This document shows, piece after piece, positions 10,606-19,903 of a DNA stretch of 64,000 nt. A program made the translations under genes and the position numbers. Under the pieces are notes generated by a model that saw nothing but the letters and a program-made list of their open reading frames with translations, was not told the DNA's origin and did not search any database. This DNA comes from a bacterium (GTDB lineage: Bacteria > Hinthialibacterota > Hinthialibacteria > Hinthialibacterales > Hinthialibacteraceae). The stretch's first letter is position 1, and each line of letters starts with the position of its first letter. The stretch spans positions 31,429 through 95,428 of the forward strand of contig WGLV01000021.1 in assembly GCA_016125385.1 (NCBI GenBank), given 5' to 3'.

Positions 10606-12510
10606 ATGAAAAAACGGCTGTTGTTGATCTGTTACGCGCTACTCGCGGCGATCGTTTCGGCGCCGGTTTACGCGGGCGGGCCGCTGGTCGTATATAATGG
10701 GCAGGCCGCCGTCTGGCCCAGCAGCCGCCTGCCCGCCGAATACGTGCTCGACACCGGTCCGCTGGGGCCTTTTTCAAACTCCAAAGCCAACAGCATGGTG
10801 GAGACCGCCTTCAACCAGTGGCAATCAGTCGACGGCGCGTTGATGAGTTTTCACCGGTCTTCCCGGTATTCATTTCTGAGCGACGTCAACTCATCCAACT
10901 ATCAAAGTTCGCTCAACTCGCTTCCTTCGTATATCAACCCGGTTATCTACGATGACGACGGCGAGATCATTGACCTCATTTTTGGTAACAACGCGAAGAA
11001 CAACGTGCTGGGCGGCTCAAGCCCGCAGACCTTCGGTTCGCAGATCACCCGCGTCATCACGATTTTCAACGGATACTTCTTCAAGCGCTACAACATCTCC
11101 GAGCAGGACGTGATGGTCACGCTGATGCACGAGTTCGGCCATTTCGCCGGGCTCGATCACTCGCAGCATTCACGCGCATTCGTGTTCAACAACATCCCCG
11201 AAGACGACGCCATTTTTTCGGCGATGTACCCGACGTCGTCGGACTCGGCCGAGTTCAGGCCGCTGCTCACTCTCGACGACCGCACCGCCATATCGAATCT
11301 ATACCCCACCAGCAACCATACCGCGTCAACGGGGCGCGTAACGGGTTCGGTCAAACGTGGCAGCACGCAGGTCCCCGGAGTAAACGTCGTATTAACCGGC
11401 GTGAGCGATCCGTTCAACACGCTCCTGACCACGGTAACGGGCACGTATGACGCCAATCAGGGGACGTTTGAATTCGAGGGCGTTCCGCCGGGCGACTACA
11501 GGCTCAGCATCGAGGCGATCGACCCGATCTTTTATGGAGCGTCGAGCGTGGGGCAATACGCATCAACAAGCAGCGGCCGCTCGTTCAAGACACCGGTGAA
11601 AACCGAATATTACAACGCCAGCGACGCCGCCAGCGAAGGACGCAGCCTGAACAAGGTCATCACCGTCAAGAAGAATCAGACGCTTTCTAACATCAACCTC
11701 AATCCAAGCAGCGGCAACGCGACCGACGACGAGCGCTTCTCAGCCCTGTTGCCGGTGGGCGGCCTGCTGAAAGCCTGGGCGGCGTCGGGTTTCGTCAATC
11801 CCGATATTCCCGGCGAGTTTCTGCTTGAACCGCAAGGCGATGAAAACCGGCTTGAGGTGCGGATCGATTTCGAGCGTTCGGTGAATTATTACATCGAAGC
11901 CAAACAGGAAACCAGCTCAAATTCATTCAGCACGAAAGAGTTTCGCGGAACGGGACAAAGCGTGTCAATCGAGTTAGGTCCAGGAGGCGACTTCGGGCTG
12001 GACCGCGATCGATATTTTTTCAACGTGGTGTCGTTTGAAGGCGAGGACCTGCCCTTCACCATCACAGTCGACGATCATCAGCAGCCCACGCCCACGCCAA
12101 CCGATACGCCGACGCCCGCGCCGACGGCGACGTTGACTCCAACCCGAACGCCCACCCCCACACGCACTCCGACGCCGACGAAGACGCCTACGCCGACCAG
12201 AACCCCCACGCCGACCCGGACGCCCACCGTCACCCCGGCGCCCACCGCAACGAAAACGCCCACGCCCGCTCCCAGCGCGACGCCCTACCCGATCTCGCTG
12301 GCCGACCTGAACGGAGACGGGACGCTCGACAAGTTCGATCTGTTCGCTTTTTCTTCAGATTGGGATATGACGGGCGCCGCACGCTTTTCAGGAGCGCTGG
12401 TGGACCAGAACGGCAAGCTCGACCGGGAGGGATTATTGCAATGGCTGGCGCGGCGGCGCGCCTGGCTCGACAGCCAGCAAAACTCGGCGCCCTCGGCCAA
12501 CGGCCAATAA
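10606..12510 (+). CDS. Secreted matrixin-like metalloprotease paralog with PT-rich linker and dockerin/EF-hand-like tail
   Basis: Signal peptide, [26 protein letters not shown], (PT)n, [14 protein letters not shown]. Confidence 0.8.
   Translation: MKKRLLLICYALLAAIVSAPVYAGGPLVVYNGQAAVWPSSRLPAEYVLDTGPLGPFSNSKANSMVETAFNQWQSVDGALMSFHRSSRYSFLSDVNSSNYQSSLNSLPSYINPVIYDDDGEIIDLIFGNNAKNNVLGGSSPQTFGSQITRVITIFNGYFFKRYNISEQDVMVTLMHEFGHFAGLDHSQHSRAFVFNNIPEDDAIFSAMYPTSSDSAEFRPLLTLDDRTAISNLYPTSNHTASTGRVTGSVKRGSTQVPGVNVVLTGVSDPFNTLLTTVTGTYDANQGTFEFEGVPPGDYRLSIEAIDPIFYGASSVGQYASTSSGRSFKTPVKTEYYNASDAASEGRSLNKVITVKKNQTLSNINLNPSSGNATDDERFSALLPVGGLLKAWAASGFVNPDIPGEFLLEPQGDENRLEVRIDFERSVNYYIEAKQETSSNSFSTKEFRGTGQSVSIELGPGGDFGLDRDRYFFNVVSFEGEDLPFTITVDDHQQPTPTPTDTPTPAPTATLTPTRTPTPTRTPTPTKTPTPTRTPTPTRTPTVTPAPTATKTPTPAPSATPYPISLADLNGDGTLDKFDLFAFSSDWDMTGAARFSGALVDQNGKLDREGLLQWLARRRAWLDSQQNSAPSANGQ
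12085..12290 (+). repeat. Coding low-complexity repeat giving the Pro-Thr (TPTPTR) linker
   Basis: Degenerate ACGCCG/ACGCCC codon repeats translating to [28 protein letters not shown]... Confidence 0.85.
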
Positions 12511-12547
12511 TGTTGATTTCATCCGCGAACTGAACTTTTCGAAAGCG

Positions 12548-14047
12548 CTAGTCGTTTTCTTTGCGCAACAGATCGCGCAGTTTTTCTTTCTGAATCTTAC
12601 GGGTCGCGGTTTTGGGCAACTCGGGCAGGAACTGAAACCCGACGGGGACCTTATACTCGCCCAGATGCTGGCGGCAATGTTTGCGCAGAGCCGATTCGGT
12701 GACGCCTTCGGCGTTTTCATCCACCGCGATAAAGGCGAAGGGCGTTTCGGTGCGCAGGGCGTCAGCCTTCGCCACCACCGCCGCCTCGGTCACGCCGGGA
12801 AAGCGCATGAGCGTCTCTTCAATTTCACGCGGATAAATGTTTTCACCGCCGCAGAGAATCACGTCTTTGCTGCGGCCCACAATGCGCAGAAAGCCTTCAT
12901 CCAGTTTCATGCCCAGATCGCCGGTACGCAGCCAGCCGTCTTCAAAAAAGACCGCTTCGGTCGCGGCGGGATTTTTGTAATACCCCTTCATGACCAGATC
13001 GCCCTGGACGCATAATTCGCCAACTTCGCCGCCGGGAACGGGAGAGCCGTTTTCATCGCGCATCTCCACCTTCACGCCGGGCAGCGGAAGACCGATGGTA
13101 CCCACGCGGTTGATTCCCGGGCGGTTCACCGCGACGGCGGGCGATGTTTCGGTCAGGCCATAGCCTTCAAGAATGGGATGTTGAAAACGTGAATCGAAGT
13201 AGTGAAACACGTCTGACGGCAACGGTCCGCCGCCGGAGGCGACCACGCGCAGGTTGTGCTTTTCAGCCGCGTCAGGCGGCGCGAAACGCGCCGTCATCAT
13301 CAGCATCGGAGGAACCGCGAGCAAGATGATGTTGGGCTGGGTCATAATGGTTTCGACCAGTTTTTGCGGCGAAAACTGAGGAAACAGAACGATCCGCGCT
13401 CCATTCACCAGCGCGCCGAACAAGACCACCGTCATCGCGAAGGTGTGAAACAGCGGCAACACGCACGGGAATGTGTCTTTTTCATTAAAATCAAACACCT
13501 GACAGAACGAAATGACGTTGCTGTGGATGTTCTGGTGAGAGAGCATGACGCCCTTGGGGTCGCCGGTGGTACCCGAGGTGTACAGAATCATCGAGAGGTC
13601 GTCTTCGCCGGCGGCGGGAGCGAGCGGCGAGGGGTCGGGCTCGCCGTCCTGCAACAGCTCGGCGGCCGACACGGCGGCGACGTCAATCTGAGCCAGTTCA
13701 GCGGCCTGACGCGCCTTGTCTTCGAGCACGGGATCATATATCAGGACGCCGCATTCACCGTGAGAGAGCAAAACCGCCAGCTCTTCGGGATTGAGCAGCG
13801 GATTAAACGGAACCGCGACATGGCCCGCGCCCAGCAGACCGAACAGCGCCAGCGGAAAATACGGCGTGTTGGGGATCAACAGGGCGACGTTGCGGCGCTC
13901 GGCTCCAAACCGGCGCAGCAGGGCGTGGCCGAGCACATTCGACCGGCCGAACAGTTCAGCATACGTAAAGCGCCCCACGTCGCCATCAAGGGCGATGGAG
14001 TTCGCGTATTTTTGCGCGGCTTCAACGATCGTGGAATACAGTTCCAT
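12548..14047 (-). CDS. Long-chain fatty acid--CoA ligase (AMP-binding)
   Basis: YTSGTTGDPKG, EGYGLTE, WLRTGDLG, GENIYPREIE. Confidence 0.9.
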   Translation of the reverse strand: MELYSTIVEAAQKYANSIALDGDVGRFTYAELFGRSNVLGHALLRRFGAERRNVALLIPNTPYFPLALFGLLGAGHVAVPFNPLLNPEELAVLLSHGECGVLIYDPVLEDKARQAAELAQIDVAAVSAAELLQDGEPDPSPLAPAAGEDDLSMILYTSGTTGDPKGVMLSHQNIHSNVISFCQVFDFNEKDTFPCVLPLFHTFAMTVVLFGALVNGARIVLFPQFSPQKLVETIMTQPNIILLAVPPMLMMTARFAPPDAAEKHNLRVVASGGGPLPSDVFHYFDSRFQHPILEGYGLTETSPAVAVNRPGINRVGTIGLPLPGVKVEMRDENGSPVPGGEVGELCVQGDLVMKGYYKNPAATEAVFFEDGWLRTGDLGMKLDEGFLRIVGRSKDVILCGGENIYPREIEETLMRFPGVTEAAVVAKADALRTETPFAFIAVDENAEGVTESALRKHCRQHLGEYKVPVGFQFLPELPKTATRKIQKEKLRDLLRKEND

Positions 14048-14126
14048 AAATCCGCTTCCCCCGTCATCTCAAATTCGCACAAGAAGCAATGTATTCAGGA
14101 AGAAAAAAGAATACCACATTCCATGC

Positions 14127-15038
14127 TCAGGTAAACGGAGCGGCGACGGGGAGCCCGTCATTCGGTCCGGGTTCACCCGCCCGGTTTTTGAAGCTCAGTT
14201 CAAACAAAACCGCCTCGGGAGGGCGAAACAGGCGGGGCCGGGTGATCCGGCTCGAACCTAACCCGCCGGAGGTATAGAAGAGCGTCCCGTTGAGTGCGGT
14301 GAGGCCATAGGCGTACGATCGGGGCGCGCGGGTGCGGGTGACGATGGGGCCGTAAAACGGCAGGCATATCTGACCGCCATGCGTATGGCCGCTGAAGACC
14401 ATGCTGGCGCCGGCGCGGGCGAGTTCACGATAGCGTTCGGGCGCGTGCGCCAGGGTCAGAATGACGCTCTCCGGATCGAGCCCGGCGAACGCCGCTTCGA
14501 TATCGTCACGTTCGAGATAGGGGTCGTCGACGCCCGCGACGGACAGCGGCGCGCCGTCGACCTCCAGCGTCACGCTCTGGTTGATCAGCACGTTGACGCC
14601 GATGTCACGCAACGAAGCGATCAGGCGTTCAGAATCGTTAAACCGCACCATGCGGTCTCTGAGTTCGCCTCGCGGGATGAAGTCATCGGAGCGAAACAGC
14701 ACGTAATCGTGATTGCCCAGCACGGCGTATACGCCCAGCGCGGGCTGAAACGGTTTCAGCGCCTCGACGCAGAGTTCGATGCCCGAATCGTCGTCGATCA
14801 TGTCGCCGGTGATGAAAACCAGGTCGGCGGGTTCTTCGGCGAGTTTCCACAAATAATCGCGCCGCGCGGTTCGCCCCTCGAAAAAGTGGAAATCGGAGAG
14901 ATGAAGCACGCGCAGGGTCCGTTGAAAGGGACCGTTCATTTCGAGCGGGATCCGCCGCAAGACGAAGCGGTTCGGTTCGATAAACCAGGCGTACCATCCC
15001 GCGCCCGCGATCGCCGCGGCCGCCGCGTAAATAAACAT
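14127..15038 (-). CDS. Metallophosphoesterase (YkuE/YaeI-like) with N-terminal anchor
   Basis: HLSDFH, TGDMID, GNHD, GHTHGGQ. Confidence 0.88.
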   Translation of the reverse strand: MFIYAAAAAIAGAGWYAWFIEPNRFVLRRIPLEMNGPFQRTLRVLHLSDFHFFEGRTARRDYLWKLAEEPADLVFITGDMIDDDSGIELCVEALKPFQPALGVYAVLGNHDYVLFRSDDFIPRGELRDRMVRFNDSERLIASLRDIGVNVLINQSVTLEVDGAPLSVAGVDDPYLERDDIEAAFAGLDPESVILTLAHAPERYRELARAGASMVFSGHTHGGQICLPFYGPIVTRTRAPRSYAYGLTALNGTLFYTSGGLGSSRITRPRLFRPPEAVLFELSFKNRAGEPGPNDGLPVAAPFT

Positions 15039-15187
15039 CGTGTTTCCGCTCTCCCATCCTGACGTAATTTCGACTTCATTCTCATTATTGTGGCGAACGC
15101 ACGGCGATCAATCCCACGGGCGGCGCTTGATTTCAACGCAAGGTTTTGCGAAGGTTATTGACCATGTCTATCGGGAGGAACCAAACG

Positions 15188-16378
15188 ATGAAGCGATTTC
15201 ACTGGATTCAATTTACGGCGATCACGGCGGGGCTGTGCCTGTTCGCGGCGGCGGCGTCAGCCGACGGCATGCTCGACGACCTCGTCATGAAAAAAGACTT
15301 CAAGAGCAAGCGCGTCTCGAGCTTCGACCGCAGCGGCGGCAACGCCGACCGCGCGGTGATCGAACCCGGCGCCACGCTGACGCTGGCCGAGATCGAGGGC
15401 GCGGGAATCATCAAGCACATCTGGGTGACGATCAACCATCCAGACCGGCTCTACCGGCGCAACCTGATTCTGCGCATGTACTGGGACGGCGAAGAAAACC
15501 CCAGCGTCGAATCGCCGATAGGCGATTTCTTCGGGCAGGGATGGGGCGAGGAATACAACTTCGTCTCCATGCCGCTGGTGGCGTCGCCTGGCGGCGGCAA
15601 GGCATTGAACTGTTTCTTCTCGATGCCCTTCTCCAAAGGGGCGCGCATCACGGTGGAGAACGACTCGGCCGAACCCTGCCGCGCGTTCTATTACTACATC
15701 GACTATCAGGAGCACAAGCGCATATCAAAAGACGCGTACCGCTTTCACGCCTGGTACAATCAGGAAATCACCGAGCCCTGGAAGGGCGATGAAAACGAAT
15801 GGGGCACGTTGCGCGACACGGACGACAACACCTCCAACGAACACAACTACCTGTTCGTCGACGCCGAGGGCGAAGGTCATTACGTGGGCGTGAACTACTA
15901 CGTCAACTGCCCGTCGCCGATGTGGTACGGCGAAGGCGACGACATGTTTCAGATCGACGGCGAACCGTATCCCTATTCGCTGCACGGTACCGGGACGGAA
16001 GATTACTTCTGCTCGAGCTGGTGCCCCAAAGAAGTCTTTCTGAGCCCATTCTTCGGGTATCCGCGCGTTAATAACAACCTCGGCTGGCTGGGCCGCACCC
16101 ATTGCTACCGGTTTCACATTCAGGACCCGATCGTCTTTACCAAGAGCCTGAACGCGAGCATCGAACACGGTCACGCCAACAACATGACGCAGGAAATGGC
16201 TTCGGTGGCGTACTGGTATCAGAAAGAGCCGCACAAGCCGTTCCCCGCCCTGCCGGACCGCGAGGCGCGCAAGCCGAAGCCGGAGATCAACGCCAGCGAC
16301 ATCCACATCTGGCGCGACGCATGGCGGCGCGACATGGGCGGCGGCGTCCTATGGGGCAACGAACGCAAAGAGAAATAA
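15188..16378 (+). CDS. Secreted DUF2961 / glycoside hydrolase family 172 protein
   Basis: SSFDRSGGNAD, GAGIIKHIWVT, SPIGDFFG, WYGEGDD, GTGTEDYF, IEHGHAN; ATG at 15188 after GGAGG. Confidence 0.88.
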   Translation: MKRFHWIQFTAITAGLCLFAAAASADGMLDDLVMKKDFKSKRVSSFDRSGGNADRAVIEPGATLTLAEIEGAGIIKHIWVTINHPDRLYRRNLILRMYWDGEENPSVESPIGDFFGQGWGEEYNFVSMPLVASPGGGKALNCFFSMPFSKGARITVENDSAEPCRAFYYYIDYQEHKRISKDAYRFHAWYNQEITEPWKGDENEWGTLRDTDDNTSNEHNYLFVDAEGEGHYVGVNYYVNCPSPMWYGEGDDMFQIDGEPYPYSLHGTGTEDYFCSSWCPKEVFLSPFFGYPRVNNNLGWLGRTHCYRFHIQDPIVFTKSLNASIEHGHANNMTQEMASVAYWYQKEPHKPFPALPDREARKPKPEINASDIHIWRDAWRRDMGGGVLWGNERKEK

Positions 16379-16414
16379 CGGGCCGCTTAACCGGCATCCC
16401 GCCTTCCCGTCAGT

Positions 16415-16453
16415 AAAAAATCCTCCTCGATCAAGGGGGAGGATTTTTGTTTT
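16415..16453 (+). terminator. Intrinsic terminator (probably bidirectional)
   Basis: AAAAAATCCTCCTC-loop-GGGGGAGGATTTTT. Confidence 0.75.
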
Positions 16454-16548
16454 CAGATACGACGGGTAAACCGAACCGGCGGCCCGAGCGTACAACAGAA
16501 CAACGCCGCCGCTATTCACAGGGCGATGCGGCGCAATAAGATACAGGC

Positions 16549-17262
16549 ATGAATCCACTGATCGGCATTACGAAAGACATGCTGCACGAGATCGAACCGC
16601 TGCGCTTTTCGGCGCCGGTGACGCACGTGTACAACCCGCTGGTCTACGCCTGGGCGCCACATGAACTCTACCTGCGCAAGTTCGGCGAAGGGCGCAAGGA
16701 AGCCGTGCTGCTCGGTATGAACCCCGGCCCGTGGGGCATGGCGCAAACCGGCGTGCCCTTCGGCGAGATCGAACTGGTGCGCGACTGGATGGGGGTGGAG
16801 GCTCCGGTGGGCAAGCCGGAAATCGAACACCCCAAACGCCCCATCGAGGGCTTCGGCTGCGCGCGCAGCGAAGTGAGCGGACGCCGCCTGTGGGGCTGGG
16901 CGCGCGAGCGTTTTCAAACGCCGGAGGCGTTTTTCGAACGCTTTTTCGTCATCAACTTCTGCCCGCTGTGTTTCATGGAAGAGAACGGCCGCAACTTCAC
17001 GCCCGACAAACTGCCCGCCGCCGAAAGCGCGCCGCTGATCGACGCGTGTTCGCGCGCGCTGCGCCGCATGGTGGAGACGCTGGAGCCGCGTTGCGTGGTG
17101 GGTGTGGGCGGTTTCGCTGAAAAGCAGGCGCGCGCCGCGCTGGAGGGCGCGGGCGTGACCGTCGGCAAGATACTTCACCCCAGCCCGGCCAGCCCCGCCG
17201 CCAACAAGGGCTGGGCGCTCAAGGCCACGCGCGAGCTGCTTCAACTGGGGATCAAGGTGTGA
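16549..17262 (+). CDS. SMUG1-type (family 3) uracil-DNA glycosylase
   Basis: YNPL.YA, GMNPGPWGMAQTGVPFGE, RSEVSGRR, HPSP. Confidence 0.92.
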   Translation: MNPLIGITKDMLHEIEPLRFSAPVTHVYNPLVYAWAPHELYLRKFGEGRKEAVLLGMNPGPWGMAQTGVPFGEIELVRDWMGVEAPVGKPEIEHPKRPIEGFGCARSEVSGRRLWGWARERFQTPEAFFERFFVINFCPLCFMEENGRNFTPDKLPAAESAPLIDACSRALRRMVETLEPRCVVGVGGFAEKQARAALEGAGVTVGKILHPSPASPAANKGWALKATRELLQLGIKV

Positions 17263-17365
17263 TCGTCTATTTTTCATCCATTCGGGATACGATCATGTTG
17301 ATTTCATTCGGGCGTGCATTTATTTTCACCCACCCCGCCCAATTTTATGGAAAGATGAGTTCAGC

Positions 17366-18505
17366 ATGGGCGCGACGGTTTTGATCGTGTGGCATGGGGC
17401 GCTGTTCCCCTCGTACCGCAAGCCGTTCAGGCTGCTGCAGGAGCGGCACGGCTGGAACGTGCATCTGCTCGCGGCGCGATCGTGGAGCAAGGCCATGCCG
17501 CGCGCCACGCGCTTCGTCCCCGAGCCGGACGAGCCGATCACGTTGCACGTGCAACGCGCGTGGGGAGCGATTCACGGCGCGGTGCATCTTCACCCGTTGC
17601 TGCCCCTGCTGATGCGCCAGGTCAAGCCGGACGTGCTGTACGTCATCGAAGAACCGTTTTCGCTGATGGCGTGGTTATGCGCCTACATGGCCACGCGCGG
17701 GGCGCCGCCGATCCCTTACGCGCTGTACACTTTTCAGGACATCTACAAAAAATACCCGCCGCCGTTCCGCTGGATGGAGCGCTTTACCCTGCGCCATGCG
17801 GCGCGGGTGTTATGCTCGAACGCGCAGGCGGGCGGCGTGGCGGCGCGCAAGGGCTACACGAGCCAGTGGGACGTGCTGCCTCCGCCGGTGAATCTCGACC
17901 GCTTCACCTACCGGAGACCGCGCCCCGGAGACGGGATGTTTGCGGTGGGGTATGTGGGCCGGCTGGCCGACGAAAAGGGTCTCGACACGCTGCTGTGGGC
18001 GCTGTCATACCTCAATGACGAGGTGCGGCTGCGCATCGCGGGCGACGGACCGGCGCGTCACCGGCTGGACGTACTGGCGCGCGAGCTGGGCGTGGCCGAG
18101 CGAGTCGCCTTCATGGGGCCGCTGCCGCATGAAGAACTGGCGGCGTTTTATCATGAATGCGACGCGGTCGTGTTGCCCTCGCGCGCGCGCCCCAACTGGC
18201 AGGAACAGTTCGGCCGCGTGTTGATCGAAGCGATGGCGTGCGGCGCACCGGTGATCGGCTCGCAGAGCGGCGCGATTCCCGGCGTGATCGGCGACGCTGG
18301 GCTGTTGTTTCCTGAAGGAGACGCGCAGGCGCTGGCCGATAAAATCAGCTGGCTGGCTGACGACGCGCGGCTGCGCGACGATCTGTCGCTGCGCGGGCGC
18401 GTCAGAGCCGAACAGCAGTATTCGGCCGAGCGCATCGCGCAACGATTGAATGAACACCTGAGCGGCATTTTGAACGCGCCGGCTAAACACTCTCAAGCAG
18501 GATAA
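17366..18505 (+). CDS. GT4 glycosyltransferase
   Basis: YVGRLADEKG, WQEQFGRVLIEAMACG. Confidence 0.88.
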   Translation: MGATVLIVWHGALFPSYRKPFRLLQERHGWNVHLLAARSWSKAMPRATRFVPEPDEPITLHVQRAWGAIHGAVHLHPLLPLLMRQVKPDVLYVIEEPFSLMAWLCAYMATRGAPPIPYALYTFQDIYKKYPPPFRWMERFTLRHAARVLCSNAQAGGVAARKGYTSQWDVLPPPVNLDRFTYRRPRPGDGMFAVGYVGRLADEKGLDTLLWALSYLNDEVRLRIAGDGPARHRLDVLARELGVAERVAFMGPLPHEELAAFYHECDAVVLPSRARPNWQEQFGRVLIEAMACGAPVIGSQSGAIPGVIGDAGLLFPEGDAQALADKISWLADDARLRDDLSLRGRVRAEQQYSAERIAQRLNEHLSGILNAPAKHSQAG

Positions 18506-18507
18506 TT

Positions 18508-19584
18508 ATGCACCTTGTCATCAACGCGCTCTGTATCAACAACCGCAGCGGAACGGGTCGCTACGTCCACGGCCTGCTGGATGGACTGATTCAACTCGGC
18601 GATCGCGGCACGCGCGTTTCAGCGTTAATCCCCGCCGATTTCCACTTGCCCTCAGCGTGGGGCGCGAGCGAGCGGGTCCGGTTTTACACCGTCGCGGTGA
18701 AAAGCGCGGCGGCGCGCGTCGCCTTCGAACAATTCGGTCTTGCGCGGATGGCGCGCCGGCTGAAAGCGGACGTACTTCACTCGCCCGCCTTCGTGGGACC
18801 GATCGTTACCGGCGGATCGTTTAAGCAGGCGGTGACCGTTCACGATCTCGCGTTTCTAAAGTATCCCGAAACGATTCCCTTCGCGCGGCGGGCGTATTAC
18901 CGCTGGGCGATTCCACGTTCGATCGCGCGGGCCGATCTCGTTATCACCGACGCGAACGCCATCGCCGATGAAGTGCGCGCGCGATGGCCAAAAGCGAACG
19001 TGCAGTCATCCGCGCTGGGGGTGAGCGAAACGTTCACTCCCGAGCCGTCGCCGGGCGATCGGGCCATTCTGGAAAAACATGCGCTGCGTGGGGGGTATGT
19101 TCTGTTTGTGGGGACGCGCGAACCGCGCAAGAATCTCAAGACATTGCTGGCGGCGTATTCCATCGCGCGGACGCGCGGCGTGAAGATGACGCTTGCGCTG
19201 GCGGGGCGGTATGGATGGATGCAGGACGATCTCTCGCTGGACGCGCCCGGCGTAAAGACACTGGGGTTCGTCGACGACACGGATCTACCCGCGCTGTATC
19301 GCGGCGCGCGGGCGCTGGCGGCTCCATCGCTGTACGAGGGGTTCGATCTGCCCGCCGCCGAGGCGCTCGCCTGCGGCGCGCCGCTGCTGGCGTCCGACAT
19401 CGCCGCACATCGCGAGATTCTGAAGGGGTGCGAATTGATCGACCCGCGCAATATGGCGGCGTGGGTGGAGGCGCTGGCGCGCGCGGCGGAAGGCGGCGTC
19501 AAAACGAAGGCCGTCTTCAACCGGAGTTGGAAGACGGCCGCGGAAGAGACGTTGAATCTGATGCGCGATCCGGCTGGCGATTAA
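18508..19584 (+). CDS. GT4 glycosyltransferase (MtfB/WbpY-like)
   Basis: TVHDL, VGTREPRKN, SLYEGFDLPAAEALACG. Confidence 0.88.
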   Translation: MHLVINALCINNRSGTGRYVHGLLDGLIQLGDRGTRVSALIPADFHLPSAWGASERVRFYTVAVKSAAARVAFEQFGLARMARRLKADVLHSPAFVGPIVTGGSFKQAVTVHDLAFLKYPETIPFARRAYYRWAIPRSIARADLVITDANAIADEVRARWPKANVQSSALGVSETFTPEPSPGDRAILEKHALRGGYVLFVGTREPRKNLKTLLAAYSIARTRGVKMTLALAGRYGWMQDDLSLDAPGVKTLGFVDDTDLPALYRGARALAAPSLYEGFDLPAAEALACGAPLLASDIAAHREILKGCELIDPRNMAAWVEALARAAEGGVKTKAVFNRSWKTAAEETLNLMRDPAGD

Positions 19585-19687
19585 TTTCGTTTTGCTGGAC
19601 CCAGAGCCCATTTCATGTAACGCGCCCTTGGGTAAAACTTTTCCCGCTCAAGAGACGCTCCGCCCAAAGTCTCATTCGCATGCAAAA

Positions 19688-19712
19688 GTTTCGCCCGGCG
19701 GGCGCAACCTAC
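19688..19712 (-). repeat. Solitary GTAG-type REP-like hairpin
   Basis: Minus strand GTAG-GTTGCGCCCGCCGGGCGAAAC between convergent genes. Confidence 0.45.
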
Positions 19713-19739
19713 GCGATCGCTTTCAGCGGATTGGTTTCT

Positions 19740-19892
19740 TCAATGTTTCGTCATCTCGATGGTGACGACGTTTTTCTTATTCTTGCCGCAGTTGCAGCAG
19801 TCTTTTTTCGACGCCGAACCAATGAACGAGCGAACCACATACGCGGCGCAGGCCGCGACGATGAGCAGCGCGATGATTTCCTGAAAACCCAT
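19740..19892 (-). CDS. FeoB-associated Cys-rich membrane peptide (50 aa)
   Basis: MGFQEIIALLIVAACAAYVVRSF...DCCNCG, directly after feoB, GGAGG RBS. Confidence 0.8.
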   Translation of the reverse strand: MGFQEIIALLIVAACAAYVVRSFIGSASKKDCCNCGKNKKNVVTIEMTKH

Positions 19893-19903
19893 CCTATCCT
19901 CCT

